A DNA stretch of 64,000 nt from Coraliomargaritaceae bacterium (lineage in GTDB: Bacteria; Verrucomicrobiota; Verrucomicrobiia; Opitutales; Coraliomargaritaceae). The stretch is taken from the NCBI GenBank assembly GCA_965656495.1, contig CBFHKU010000006.1, forward strand, positions 1 through 64,000, written 5' to 3'. The notes beneath the pieces are model-generated. The model was not told the origin of the DNA. It did not search any database and saw nothing but the letters and a program-made list of their open reading frames with translations. Every line of letters starts with the position of its first letter. Position 1 is the stretch's first letter. Shown piece by piece: positions 1-8,053 of the stretch. Both the position numbers and the translations under genes were made by a program.

Positions 1-344
1 TCCACCGCTTTGGATTCTTCTTCGCCGACGGGGTCGAGGCGTTCCTCGGGGGCGGTTTGGGTTTCTCCGGCGCGGGGGACGACCTGACGACGGATGGGGT
101 CGGCGGGATCGGCGGGATTGATGAGGTTGAAGAAGTAGGGGGTGATCGCGAGGGCGAGTTTCTGGTTGGCGAAGCGGCAACCGGCACGCTCATCGGGGTC
201 GAGTTCGAGGTATTGTTCCAAATCCCCGAGGGAGGTGAGGCGGTTTTTGAGCTGCCACTTCCAGTCGTTCCAGTGGGCGGGGTCGACATGGGCCCAATGG
301 CCTTGTCCGGAATGCCAATTTTCTAAGGCGTCGTTTGGAAACAT
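1..344 (-). CDS. KamA-family radical SAM protein (lysine 2,3-aminomutase/EpmB-like), N-terminal part; runs off the window edge
   Basis: Manual translation from the ATG at 344 gives MFPNDALENWHSGQGHWAHVDPAHWNDWKWQLKNRLTSL...LAITPYFFNLINPADPADPIRRQVVP...DPVGEE. WNDWKWQLKNR, ITPYY/F and DPIRRQ are hallmark KamA N-terminal motifs. Absent from the ORF track because no stop lies in the window. Confidence 0.9.
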   Translation of the reverse strand, partial: MFPNDALENWHSGQGHWAHVDPAHWNDWKWQLKNRLTSLGDLEQYLELDPDERAGCRFANQKLALAITPYFFNLINPADPADPIRRQVVPRAGETQTAPEERLDPVGEEESKAV

Positions 345-396
345 GGGAGGAACGAGGATTGTAACGAAATTAGAGCTTGTTTAAAACGCATACACG

Positions 397-414
397 TATT
401 GATATATTTGAATA
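397..414. promoter_or_regulatory. Candidate ArsR/SmtB operator (imperfect AT-rich palindrome)
   Basis: TATTGATATATTTGAATA matches its reverse complement at 14/18 positions. It lies just upstream of the arsR ATG (420), in the divergent kamA/arsR intergenic region. Confidence 0.45.
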
Positions 415-419
415 AGTCA

Positions 420-734
420 ATGCAAACTGAGGAAGCAGTCACAGAGATGGAAACGATGGCCCGTCAATTTTGGGCGATTGGGGATCCGGTGCGATTACGG
501 ATTCTTCGGATGCTGCCATCGGAGCCGAGTTGTGAGGAGGCCTGCAATGTTTCAAAGATCGCGGAGCGGATCGGGCTTTCGCAGCCGTCGACCTCGCATC
601 ATTTGCGGGTCTTGCGGCAGGCGGGAATCATCACAAACAAGAAGATGTGTCGGGATATGATTTACTGGGTACGTCCGGAGGTGTTGAGCGAGTTGCAGGC
701 GGAGCTGGCATCGGTTCTGGAGGGCGATGGGTAG
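420..734 (+). CDS. ArsR/SmtB-family metalloregulator
   Basis: AIGDPVRLRILRML...CNVSKIAERIGLSQPSTSHHLRVLRQAGII winged-HTH signature. The ATG at 420 is preferred over the track's TTG at 399. Confidence 0.9.
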   Translation: MQTEEAVTEMETMARQFWAIGDPVRLRILRMLPSEPSCEEACNVSKIAERIGLSQPSTSHHLRVLRQAGIITNKKMCRDMIYWVRPEVLSELQAELASVLEGDG

Positions 735-737
735 GGG

Positions 738-2474
738 ATGACTAAGACGGAAATAGTCACGGCGCTGGAGGAGATCGCGGTTTTATTGGAATTGCGGGGT
801 GAGAACCCCTTCAAGATTCGGGCGTATCAAACCGGGGCGCGGGCGCTGGAGACCTTGGAAGGTGATTTGGATGCGCTGTTGGAGGCGGATGAATTGGGAA
901 GGGTGCCGGGGATTGGGTCGGCGCTGATTGAGAAGGTGGCGACATTGCGAACGAGTGGGGCGTTGCCGTTTTTGGATGATTTGCGAGCCTCGGTGGAGCC
1001 CGGCTTGATTGAAATGTTGGAGATTCCCGGCTTGGGGGCGAAGCGGGTGCGCAAATTGAACGAGGCGCTGGGGATCGTGGGCATCGAGGCGCTGAAGGGT
1101 GCCTGTGAAGACGGCTCGGTAGCGGCCATCAAGGGATTCGGCGCAAAAACTGCGGAGAAAATCCTGAGCGGGATCGCGCAACGGGCGGCCTATGCGAAAC
1201 GGCATTTATGGTGGAAAGCGGATGCGGTGGCGGGTCCGATTCTGGAGGGTTTGCGCGGCCTTCCGGAGGTTAAGCGGGCGGAGATTGCGGGGAGCTTGCG
1301 GCGTTTGAAGGAAACGGTGGGGGATTTGGATTTTGTGGTAGCGGCCTCGGAGGTCGAACCGGTGATGGCGTGGTTTGTTTCGCAGCCTGCGGTTGAATCG
1401 GTGACGGCGCAGGGCACCACGAAATCGAGTGTGCGACTGGAGGGCGGCTTGCAGGCGGATTTACGGGTGGTGCCGGAGGAACAATTTGCCTTTGCGCTGC
1501 ATCATTTTACGGGATCGAAGGAGCACAATGTCGCTCTGAGGCAACGGGCGCTGGCGCGGGGTTACAGTTTGAGCGAGTGGGGCCTGACGAAGAAGGGTGA
1601 GGCGGATGCGAAGCCTGAGGGGCATGGAATCGAGACCGAGGCGGGCTTGTTTGAATTTCTGGGCTTGGCGGAGATCGCGCCGGAGTTGCGCGAGGGGATG
1701 GGCGAATTGGAAGCGGCGGAGGGCGGCGCGATGCCGGAGCTCTTGAAGCCGGAAAAAGTGAAGGGGGTTTTTCATAATCACACCGATGCCTCGGACGGGC
1801 GGGACAGCTTGGAGGCGATGGCGCAGGCGGCGGGGGAACTGGGGTTTGAATACCTCGGCTTGGCGGATCATTCGAAAGCGAGCTTTCAGGCAAATGGGCT
1901 GGATGACCGCCGGGTGCTCAAGCAGCTCGAAAAAGTCCGCGCCTTTAATGCCACCGGTTCCGGTGCGGCGCATCTCTTTGCGGGGATTGAGTGTGATATT
2001 TTAAAGGATGGTTCACTGGATTTGGAGGATGCGACGCTCGCGGCCTTGGATTACGTGGTGGTTTCGGTGCATTCGGCCTTTGGGATGGGTGAGGCGGACA
2101 TGACGTCGCGGGTGATACGTGCGCTGGAGCACCCCGCGACCACGATGCTGGGTCACCCGACCGGGCGCCTGCTCTTGCGGCGGGAACCCTACGCCATCGA
2201 CTTGGCAAAAATCATTGATGCCGCCATTGCGAATCGGGTGATCATTGAAATCAATGCGAACCCGCAACGGCTGGACCTCGACTGGCGCCTGTGGCGGCGG
2301 GCGGCGGAGCGCGGACTGCATTGCGCGATCAATCCCGATGCGCATAGCACCGGGGGCTTGGAGTATTATCTGGCGGGGGTGAATATTGCGCGGAAGGGCT
2401 GTTTGCCGGAGGAACAGGTCTTGAATTGCCGCGACCGGGCGGGGGTGGAGCGCTGGTTTGCGGAGCGCCGCTAG
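738..2474 (+). CDS. polX: DNA polymerase X with C-terminal PHP domain
   Basis: ENPFKIRAY, HhH motifs (PGIG, IPGLG), AGSLRR...GDLD catalytic motif, HFTGSKEHN, then PHP HNHT..SDG, DHS, GHPTGR and PDAH motifs. Confidence 0.95.
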   Translation: MTKTEIVTALEEIAVLLELRGENPFKIRAYQTGARALETLEGDLDALLEADELGRVPGIGSALIEKVATLRTSGALPFLDDLRASVEPGLIEMLEIPGLGAKRVRKLNEALGIVGIEALKGACEDGSVAAIKGFGAKTAEKILSGIAQRAAYAKRHLWWKADAVAGPILEGLRGLPEVKRAEIAGSLRRLKETVGDLDFVVAASEVEPVMAWFVSQPAVESVTAQGTTKSSVRLEGGLQADLRVVPEEQFAFALHHFTGSKEHNVALRQRALARGYSLSEWGLTKKGEADAKPEGHGIETEAGLFEFLGLAEIAPELREGMGELEAAEGGAMPELLKPEKVKGVFHNHTDASDGRDSLEAMAQAAGELGFEYLGLADHSKASFQANGLDDRRVLKQLEKVRAFNATGSGAAHLFAGIECDILKDGSLDLEDATLAALDYVVVSVHSAFGMGEADMTSRVIRALEHPATTMLGHPTGRLLLRREPYAIDLAKIIDAAIANRVIIEINANPQRLDLDWRLWRRAAERGLHCAINPDAHSTGGLEYYLAGVNIARKGCLPEEQVLNCRDRAGVERWFAERR

Positions 2475-2620
2475 GGAGTTCGATACGTGCTTGAAATTGA
2501 GCGAATTAGGGATTTAATGCAGTAACATCAGATTGTGTGCTTTTGCTTCAAAGGTAGGCGATTTGACCTAAGAGGGCAATTTACCCCGGTTGTCTTTACT
2601 ATTGATATAGCACAAGACTT

Positions 2621-4114
2621 ATGGACTGGAACTCACTCACCGTGATCTTTGTAGTGGCGGGTGCCTCGACGGCAGTGACTGCATTGTTGCTGCGGCGGTA
2701 TTACCTGACCCTCCTGCAGGCGCGTGAACAAACCGGAGTGGTGAAAGCGAGAGAAGCGGAGCTGGCCTTGCGGGAAAAGGAATCGGCGCTGGAGGTAAAA
2801 TTCCGCAGCAAAGAAGCGGAACAGGATTTGCAGGGGCGCGAACTGGCGCGGCTTGAATCTCAGCTCAATTTGGAACGTGAGAAGTTGACGCGCAAGGCAC
2901 AGGAAATTGAGGACGCGCAACAGGAAATGGAATCGGGCGACAAAGAGGCAGAGAAGACCCGCCGCCTGTATCGCATGAAGCTGCACCAAATCAGCCAAAT
3001 GGATGCGGCGGAAGCGCGGGAAATATTACTCAAGGACACGCGAAGGGAATGTGAAACGGAGCTGCGGTCTTTGCGGCAGGAATATCTAGGGGAGAGCGAG
3101 TCCTCGATAAAGGAGGAAGCGCAACGTATTTTACTGGCGGCGATGCAACGCATCACCAGCAAGCCGATGCACGATGCCACTGCGACGGTGGTGGCTCTCC
3201 CGGAGGAAGCGCTCAAGGGACGCATCATCGGGAAGGACGGCCGCAACATCCGCACCTTTGAACATGCCACCGGGACAACGCTCTTGATCGACGAGGCCCC
3301 CGACTCGGTTTTGATTTCGAGCTTTGATCCGGTGCGTCGCGAGATTGCCCGGATTGCACTGGAGGCCTTGTTGCGGGATGGCCGCATCCAACCCGCGAGT
3401 ATTGAGGAGGCAGTGCTTGCGGCGGAGGACGACATGGGTGCGAATATTGTGCAGATCGGTGAGACCGCACTGCGCCGTCTGCGTCTCAGCACGATGCACC
3501 CCGAAATCGTGGGCTTGTTGGGCAAGTTGAACTATCGGCTCTCAAACAATCAGAACACCCTCGAGCATTCCATTGAGGTTGCGAATATCTGTGCCCTGCT
3601 TGCCTCGGAGGTGGGTCTGGACCCCGTCATTGCGAAGCGGGCGGGATTATTGCACGACCTCGGCAAAGCGGTGGACGAGGACTACGCCAGCAGTCACGCC
3701 ATTGCGGGGGCGGACATCGCGCGGCGTTGTGGCGAGGGCGCGCAGGTGGTGAATGCGATTGCGGCGCACCACAAGGAAGTGCCGGCGGAAAGCGTCTATG
3801 CGGGGCTGGTGATGGTGGGTGATTCGCTCTCAGCGGTGCGACCGGGGGTACGCACTTCTTCGATTGATAGTTTCATCGGGCGGGTGCGGAGTATTGAAGC
3901 GATTGCGAAAGAAGAAAAAGGGGTGAGTGATGCCTTTGCGATTCAATCCGGCCGGGAGGTCCGGGTGATTGTGGACCCCGGTAGTGTCACAGACGAGGAT
4001 GCCCGACAAATCGCACGCCGCATTCGCGGTCGGATTGAGAGCGAATTGAACTATCCGGGCAGTGTAGAAATCACGGTAATCCGCGAACAAAGGTTTACAG
4101 AAACGGCGGTGTAG
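2621..4114 (+). CDS. rny: Ribonuclease Y
   Basis: N-terminal TM helix, coiled coil, KH domain ([13 protein letters not shown]), HD domain (HSIEVA...LLHDLGK) and C-terminal [10 protein letters not shown]...YPG. Confidence 0.93.
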   Translation: MDWNSLTVIFVVAGASTAVTALLLRRYYLTLLQAREQTGVVKAREAELALREKESALEVKFRSKEAEQDLQGRELARLESQLNLEREKLTRKAQEIEDAQQEMESGDKEAEKTRRLYRMKLHQISQMDAAEAREILLKDTRRECETELRSLRQEYLGESESSIKEEAQRILLAAMQRITSKPMHDATATVVALPEEALKGRIIGKDGRNIRTFEHATGTTLLIDEAPDSVLISSFDPVRREIARIALEALLRDGRIQPASIEEAVLAAEDDMGANIVQIGETALRRLRLSTMHPEIVGLLGKLNYRLSNNQNTLEHSIEVANICALLASEVGLDPVIAKRAGLLHDLGKAVDEDYASSHAIAGADIARRCGEGAQVVNAIAAHHKEVPAESVYAGLVMVGDSLSAVRPGVRTSSIDSFIGRVRSIEAIAKEEKGVSDAFAIQSGREVRVIVDPGSVTDEDARQIARRIRGRIESELNYPGSVEITVIREQRFTETAV

Positions 4115-4175
4115 GGTAAGGCATACGCTTGCTATGGTTTTAAAAATGCGATACAGAAGGGGATAAATTTAAAAA

Positions 4176-5363
4176 ATGAATCAGCAACGGATAAGGTATT
4201 GGACATTAATGGTATTGCTCCCACTGAGCATCGCCGCAGCGACCAAGGAGGTACAACTAAAGAGCGGGGAACGTCTCTTGGGGGAAGTGCTGCCCGGCTC
4301 GGATGCACAAACCCTGCACCTGCGGTCTAAGGTTCTGGGCGATTTAAAGCTACCCCGCAGTTCCATTGCTTCGACCAAGGACTTGCCCGTGCCGCAACCT
4401 GCGGTAGCCGCCAAGCCCGCACCGAAACCTGCACCCGCACCGAAACCCGCGGTAGCCGCGAAACCCGTGCCGCAACCTGCGGTAGCCGCCAAGCCCGCAC
4501 CGAAGCCTGCACCCGCACCGAAGCCTGCGGTAGCCGCCAAGCCCGCACCGAAGCCTGCGGTAGCCGCGAAACCCGCACCGAAGCCCGCACCGAAGCCCGC
4601 ACCGAAGCCAGCAGTCGCGCAAGCGGAGCCCAAAGCGCCGATGCATTTGCGTATTTGGAAGCATATTAAAGAATTCAAAACCCCGCCTTCATGGAGCGGG
4701 AATCTGCGCCTGGGGCTCAATATCAACACCGGGAACAGTGATTGGACCGAGCAGTATGCGCGCGGGCAATTGTCGATACAACCCAAGGGCAGCAAGAATT
4801 TTTACCGTTTTGGCGGTTCCTACAGCTTCCGCGAAAACGAATACAGCAATGGAACCACGCGGGTCACGAGCGACAAGTATGACCTTTCTGCGCTGTATCG
4901 CCGCAGTTTTTCAAATTCGTGGTTTGTCCAAAACGCCCTCGGTTACCGGATCGATAACGTTAAAGGAATTGAACATGAGACCAAGTATTCGCTGGGTGCG
5001 GGTTATAAATTCAAGTTCTACAAAGATAAAATGGAGGTCAACCTCGGCAGTGGTATTGGTTTTGAGGATTACAAGGCGCGCAATCCCGCCGATCTGCGCA
5101 ACGGGCAGAACCAAATTGCGAATGTCTTTCAGGAATTTACCTGGAAAGTATCAAAGCGCTCCACCATTTCCCAAAAGTTTAATTACTTTCGCAACATCAA
5201 GGATGCGGATTTATATGATTACAATTTTACCGCAGCGTTTCGAACACGCTTAACCGATGTCTTCGGGCTGGAGCTTTCCTACCGCAAAGACTTTGACAGT
5301 GAAGTCGGTGGAAAAAAGAAGGACGACAGCCAGTGGCGCAGTGCCTTCGTGGTTTACTTCTAG
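4176..5363 (+). CDS. DUF481-like outer-membrane beta-barrel protein with Pro/Ala/Lys-rich linker
   Basis: Signal peptide, small N-domain (LKSGERLLG), PAVAAKPAPK repeats, barrel starting WSGNLRLGLNINTGN, and C-terminal aromatic OMP signature (VVYF). Confidence 0.75.
   Translation: MNQQRIRYWTLMVLLPLSIAAATKEVQLKSGERLLGEVLPGSDAQTLHLRSKVLGDLKLPRSSIASTKDLPVPQPAVAAKPAPKPAPAPKPAVAAKPVPQPAVAAKPAPKPAPAPKPAVAAKPAPKPAVAAKPAPKPAPKPAPKPAVAQAEPKAPMHLRIWKHIKEFKTPPSWSGNLRLGLNINTGNSDWTEQYARGQLSIQPKGSKNFYRFGGSYSFRENEYSNGTTRVTSDKYDLSALYRRSFSNSWFVQNALGYRIDNVKGIEHETKYSLGAGYKFKFYKDKMEVNLGSGIGFEDYKARNPADLRNGQNQIANVFQEFTWKVSKRSTISQKFNYFRNIKDADLYDYNFTAAFRTRLTDVFGLELSYRKDFDSEVGGKKKDDSQWRSAFVVYF
4386..4620 (+). repeat. 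Coding tandem repeat (78-bp unit plus nested 12-bp units) encoding PVPQPAVAAK/PAPK
   Basis: cccgtgccgcaacctgcggtagccgccaagcccgcaccgaa recurs at 4386 and 4464, followed by repeated (aag)cccgcaccg units. Confidence 0.9.
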
Positions 5364-5377
5364 CACAAAAAAACCCG
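5364..5377. repeat. Half-site T0: left arm only of the tRNA-Asp terminator repeat; distal boundary of the island
   Basis: CACAAAAAAACCCG directly after the DUF481 stop codon is identical to 5777-5790 and 10421-10434, but no right arm follows. Confidence 0.7.
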
Positions 5378-5460
5378 GCAATTTTAGTGGATCAATTAAA
5401 ACTTGAACACTCCATTACCTCGGAGAAGAGGAAGGGCTTGAGCTTTGGGGCCGAAGAGTT

Positions 5461-5490
5461 TTACTACAGAGGCAGCGAGACACGGAGGAG
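5461..5490 (+). repeat. Left inverted repeat flanking the GxxExxY remnant
   Basis: The reverse complement of gaggcagcgagacacggaggag (5469-5490) matches ctcctccgtatctccgtgcctc (from 5677) at 19/22 positions. Confidence 0.75.
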
Positions 5491-5504
5491 TGATAGGTTT
5501 GGAA

Positions 5505-5638
5505 TTATAGGACGAAGCGCTTGATTCCATCTTTCAAAATGGACACATTAAAATTCATCAGTAGTCCCACCCGGCCCCTAATAGCGGTGCACTTCAATTG
5601 CAGCACCAATGATCTTCTTCAATCAGTGGTTCGGTCAT
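5505..5638 (-). pseudogene. GxxExxY (PD-(D/E)XK_3) nuclease pseudogene with frameshift, nonsense codon and internal deletion
   Basis: The minus strand reads MTEPLIE /+1 shift/ KIIGAAIEVHRY*GPG, fused directly to VGLLMNFNVSILKDGIKRFVL*. These match the N- and C-terminal consensus of GxxExxY proteins (IIGAAIEVHRxLGPGLLE ... GLLINFNVxxLKDGIKR). The catalytic middle is missing. Confidence 0.85.
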
Positions 5639-5675
5639 GATGAGGCATAGTTTTAATTCCATATGCCAAGCAAGC

Positions 5676-5719
5676 CTCCTCCGTATCTCCGTGCCTCCAG
5701 CGAAGCGGGTGGTTAAAAA
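5676..5719 (-). repeat. Right inverted repeat flanking the GxxExxY remnant
   Basis: The minus strand reads TTTTAACCACCCGCTTCGCTGGAGGCACGGAGATACGGAGGAG: an AACCAC head plus a purine-rich ~9-nt periodic body. Confidence 0.75.
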
Positions 5720-5778
5720 TCAGAGCACTGAGGGCCTTACCTATTTGAGCGGGGTTCAGGGGTCGGGGCTGGCTGACA

Positions 5779-5813
5779 CAAAAAAACCCGCGGGCGGGAT
5801 GCCGGCGGGTTTT
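5779..5813 (-). terminator. Intrinsic terminator copy T1
   Basis: Minus-strand RNA AAAACCCGCCGGC-AUCCC-GCCCGCGGG-UUUUUUU, 20 nt downstream of the 5834 stop. Confidence 0.85.
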
Positions 5814-5833
5814 ATGTGAAGTAGTGTAGGATC

Positions 5834-7690
5834 TTAAGCTTTACGCTTTTTATAGGCGGCGAAGCCGGAGAGGAGGAGTCCTAGCAAGAGGGCGTAGGTT
5901 GAAGGTTCGGGAACCATGACGTAGGTGTAAGTGCCGTCGAAGATCGATTTCCATTTGATTTGGTAATTATCAACGGTGGCGAGGGTATAGGTGCCACCGG
6001 TTTTTTCCTCGACCCGGAGATTGGTGTCATCAAGGAGTCCAAAGAGGGTGGTGGGGTCGATGTAGTTACCTTCAATTTTGAGGATGTTCTCATCGGCGAT
6101 ATAGATGTCGGAGAGGTCGAAGGTAGAACCGGCGTCGAACTGGAGGGTATTGCCGGTATTGCCGTCCACCGAGCCGATAAAGACGTCTTTGGCGATGAGG
6201 GCACCTTCAATGATGAGGGCATTGCCATCGGAGCCGACATTTTTACCGACGTAAACGGCTTTGCCGGTGCTGGTGACATCGGCGCTATCGCCCGCCGAGA
6301 GGGTAAGTTTATTGTTGTCGGTGTTTTCGCCGACTATCCAGTCCTCTCTCGATTCAAAACTGAAGCCCTTGATGACTTTATTGTCACCGCCACCATCCAC
6401 CTTGATGAGGGCGTCAATCTCACCGGTGTAAACGGTTTCTTTGGAATAGGTACCGATAAAAAAGCGATTGCCCTTGAGGATCACGGAATAGCCAAATTGA
6501 CTGTTGGCGGTGGCATCGGAGTTGGTGATCTTGACGTTTTCGGTGACGACTCCGGTGGCGGAGTCGAGATCGTGGAAGAGGTAAACACTACCGGCATTAA
6601 CAAGGTTCCCATGATCATCTCGAGGAGCGCCGACGAGGGCGCTGTCACCATCAAGGCTATTGGATTGCCCGAACCAATCGTCTGCTTCGGCATCGGAGGC
6701 GGTGAGTTTAGCGTTTTCGGTGACGGTGCCGGTGGCGGTGTCGAGATCGCGGTAAAGATACGACGAGCCTGCTTTAGTTATCCCTCCGGGGCTATTAAAT
6801 CGGGCGCCAACAAGGGCGGATGAGCCGGAAAGGCTGGAGGCGTGCCCAAAGCGATCGTTTTCGGCGGCATCGGAGGCGGTGAGCTTGACGTTTTCGGTGA
6901 CGGTGCTGCCCTGGGCGGCGGCGTCGAGATTGCGGAAGAGGTATGCCGCGCCGGCAAATGTAAATCCTCCATGGTCTGCACCGTCCGCGCCGATGAGGGC
7001 GGTATCACCGACGAGGCTTATGGATTTACCGAAATAATTTTCTGTGGCGGCATCGGAGGCGGTGAGCATGGCGTCTTCGGTGACGGTGCCGGTGACGGTG
7101 TCGAGATTTCGGAAGAGGTATCCCGTGCCGGCATTCGTTTTGCCTACATGGTTATCTCCATACGCAGCAACGAGAGCGATGTTGCTCGAAAGACCTAAGT
7201 TAAAGCCGAAATAATCGTTTTGGTCGGGATTGGAAGCGGTAAGCTTGGCGTCTTCGGTGACGGTGCCGGTGGCGGTGTCGAGATTCCTATAGAGATATGC
7301 CGAGCCGGCAAAACGAATGCTTCCATTATTATCTGAATGTGCGCCGACGAGGGCTCTGTTACCCAAAAGGCCTACGTCTGCGCCGAAACCATTACCTTGG
7401 GCCGGGTCAGAGGCGGTGAGCTTGATGTTTTCGGTGATGCTTGGATTCGGGTTGGTGTCGATATCACGGAAGAGGTAGGCGGAGCCGGCATAATCAAAAC
7501 CAGCATGGGCATCATTTCGCGCACCCACGAGGAGGGAGGAGCCATCTAAGCTCAGTGCTCCACCGAAATAATCTCCGGCTTCGCCATCAGAGGCGGTGAG
7601 TCTTTCGACGGCATCCAAATGGGCGGTGAGAAGGCAAATCAAAGCGAGCAGTCCGCCGAATCGTTTACTGTGTATGGGTTGAAGATTCAT
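5834..7690 (-). CDS. PEP-CTERM surface protein with seven FG-GAP (integrin-alpha-like) propeller repeats, paralogue A
   Basis: Signal peptide; 7 x LTASD..D.FG...L.G..ALVGA....AG.AYLFR.LD; a beta-rich C-terminal region; VPEPSTYALLLGLLLSGFAAYKKRKA sorting signal. Confidence 0.92.
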   Translation of the reverse strand: MNLQPIHSKRFGGLLALICLLTAHLDAVERLTASDGEAGDYFGGALSLDGSSLLVGARNDAHAGFDYAGSAYLFRDIDTNPNPSITENIKLTASDPAQGNGFGADVGLLGNRALVGAHSDNNGSIRFAGSAYLYRNLDTATGTVTEDAKLTASNPDQNDYFGFNLGLSSNIALVAAYGDNHVGKTNAGTGYLFRNLDTVTGTVTEDAMLTASDAATENYFGKSISLVGDTALIGADGADHGGFTFAGAAYLFRNLDAAAQGSTVTENVKLTASDAAENDRFGHASSLSGSSALVGARFNSPGGITKAGSSYLYRDLDTATGTVTENAKLTASDAEADDWFGQSNSLDGDSALVGAPRDDHGNLVNAGSVYLFHDLDSATGVVTENVKITNSDATANSQFGYSVILKGNRFFIGTYSKETVYTGEIDALIKVDGGGDNKVIKGFSFESREDWIVGENTDNNKLTLSAGDSADVTSTGKAVYVGKNVGSDGNALIIEGALIAKDVFIGSVDGNTGNTLQFDAGSTFDLSDIYIADENILKIEGNYIDPTTLFGLLDDTNLRVEEKTGGTYTLATVDNYQIKWKSIFDGTYTYVMVPEPSTYALLLGLLLSGFAAYKKRKA

Positions 7691-7807
7691 CTTATAATTG
7701 GGTTTTATATGTGTATCAATATCCTTAGATATAATGGTATATACAGACCAATTGTAATATTAGAATAGTCAACAGATAAATTTTCATAATTCTTGTCATA
7801 GTGTTGC

Positions 7808-7914
7808 TGAGCTTCGGCCCTTCGACCCTTCGGCAAGTTCAGGGTGATACACCTTTTGACCCTTTGGCCCTTCGACAGGCTCAGGGTTCTTAACTCTTGG
7901 ACAAGCTGAGGGTT
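7808..7914. repeat. Cluster of three REP-like palindromes (CCCTTCGACAaGCTCAGGG type)
   Basis: acccttcggcaagttcagggt (7825-7845), gcccttcgacaggctcagggt (7867-7887) and aactcttggacaagctgagggtt (7892-7914), plus stuttered CCCTTCG heptamers. Confidence 0.7.
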
Positions 7915-7926
7915 CTCTTTGGGGAG

Positions 7927-8033
7927 GGGGTGGCTCGCCCGCCCGGATTTGTGGTAGGTGGGGCGCGGCGATGGAGGACGCGGGTTGGGAGGGTGGCGCA
8001 AAAAAACCCGTCGGCGTGGTACCGGCGGGTTTT
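7927..8033. repeat. ~103-bp junction repeat ending in terminator copy T2
   Basis: Aligns by eye with 10021-10123 (ggctcgcc...ggcgcggcgatggaggacgcgggttggg...ggtggcgcaaaaaaacccgtcggcg). Hairpin at 7999-8033. Confidence 0.9.
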
Positions 8034-8053
8034 ATGTGAAGTAGTGTAGGATC

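Noticed and set aside
7705..8001. 98-aa minus-strand ORF
   Set aside because: It is translated junction repeat, REP-like palindromes and AT-rich promoter sequence, with no protein-like features.
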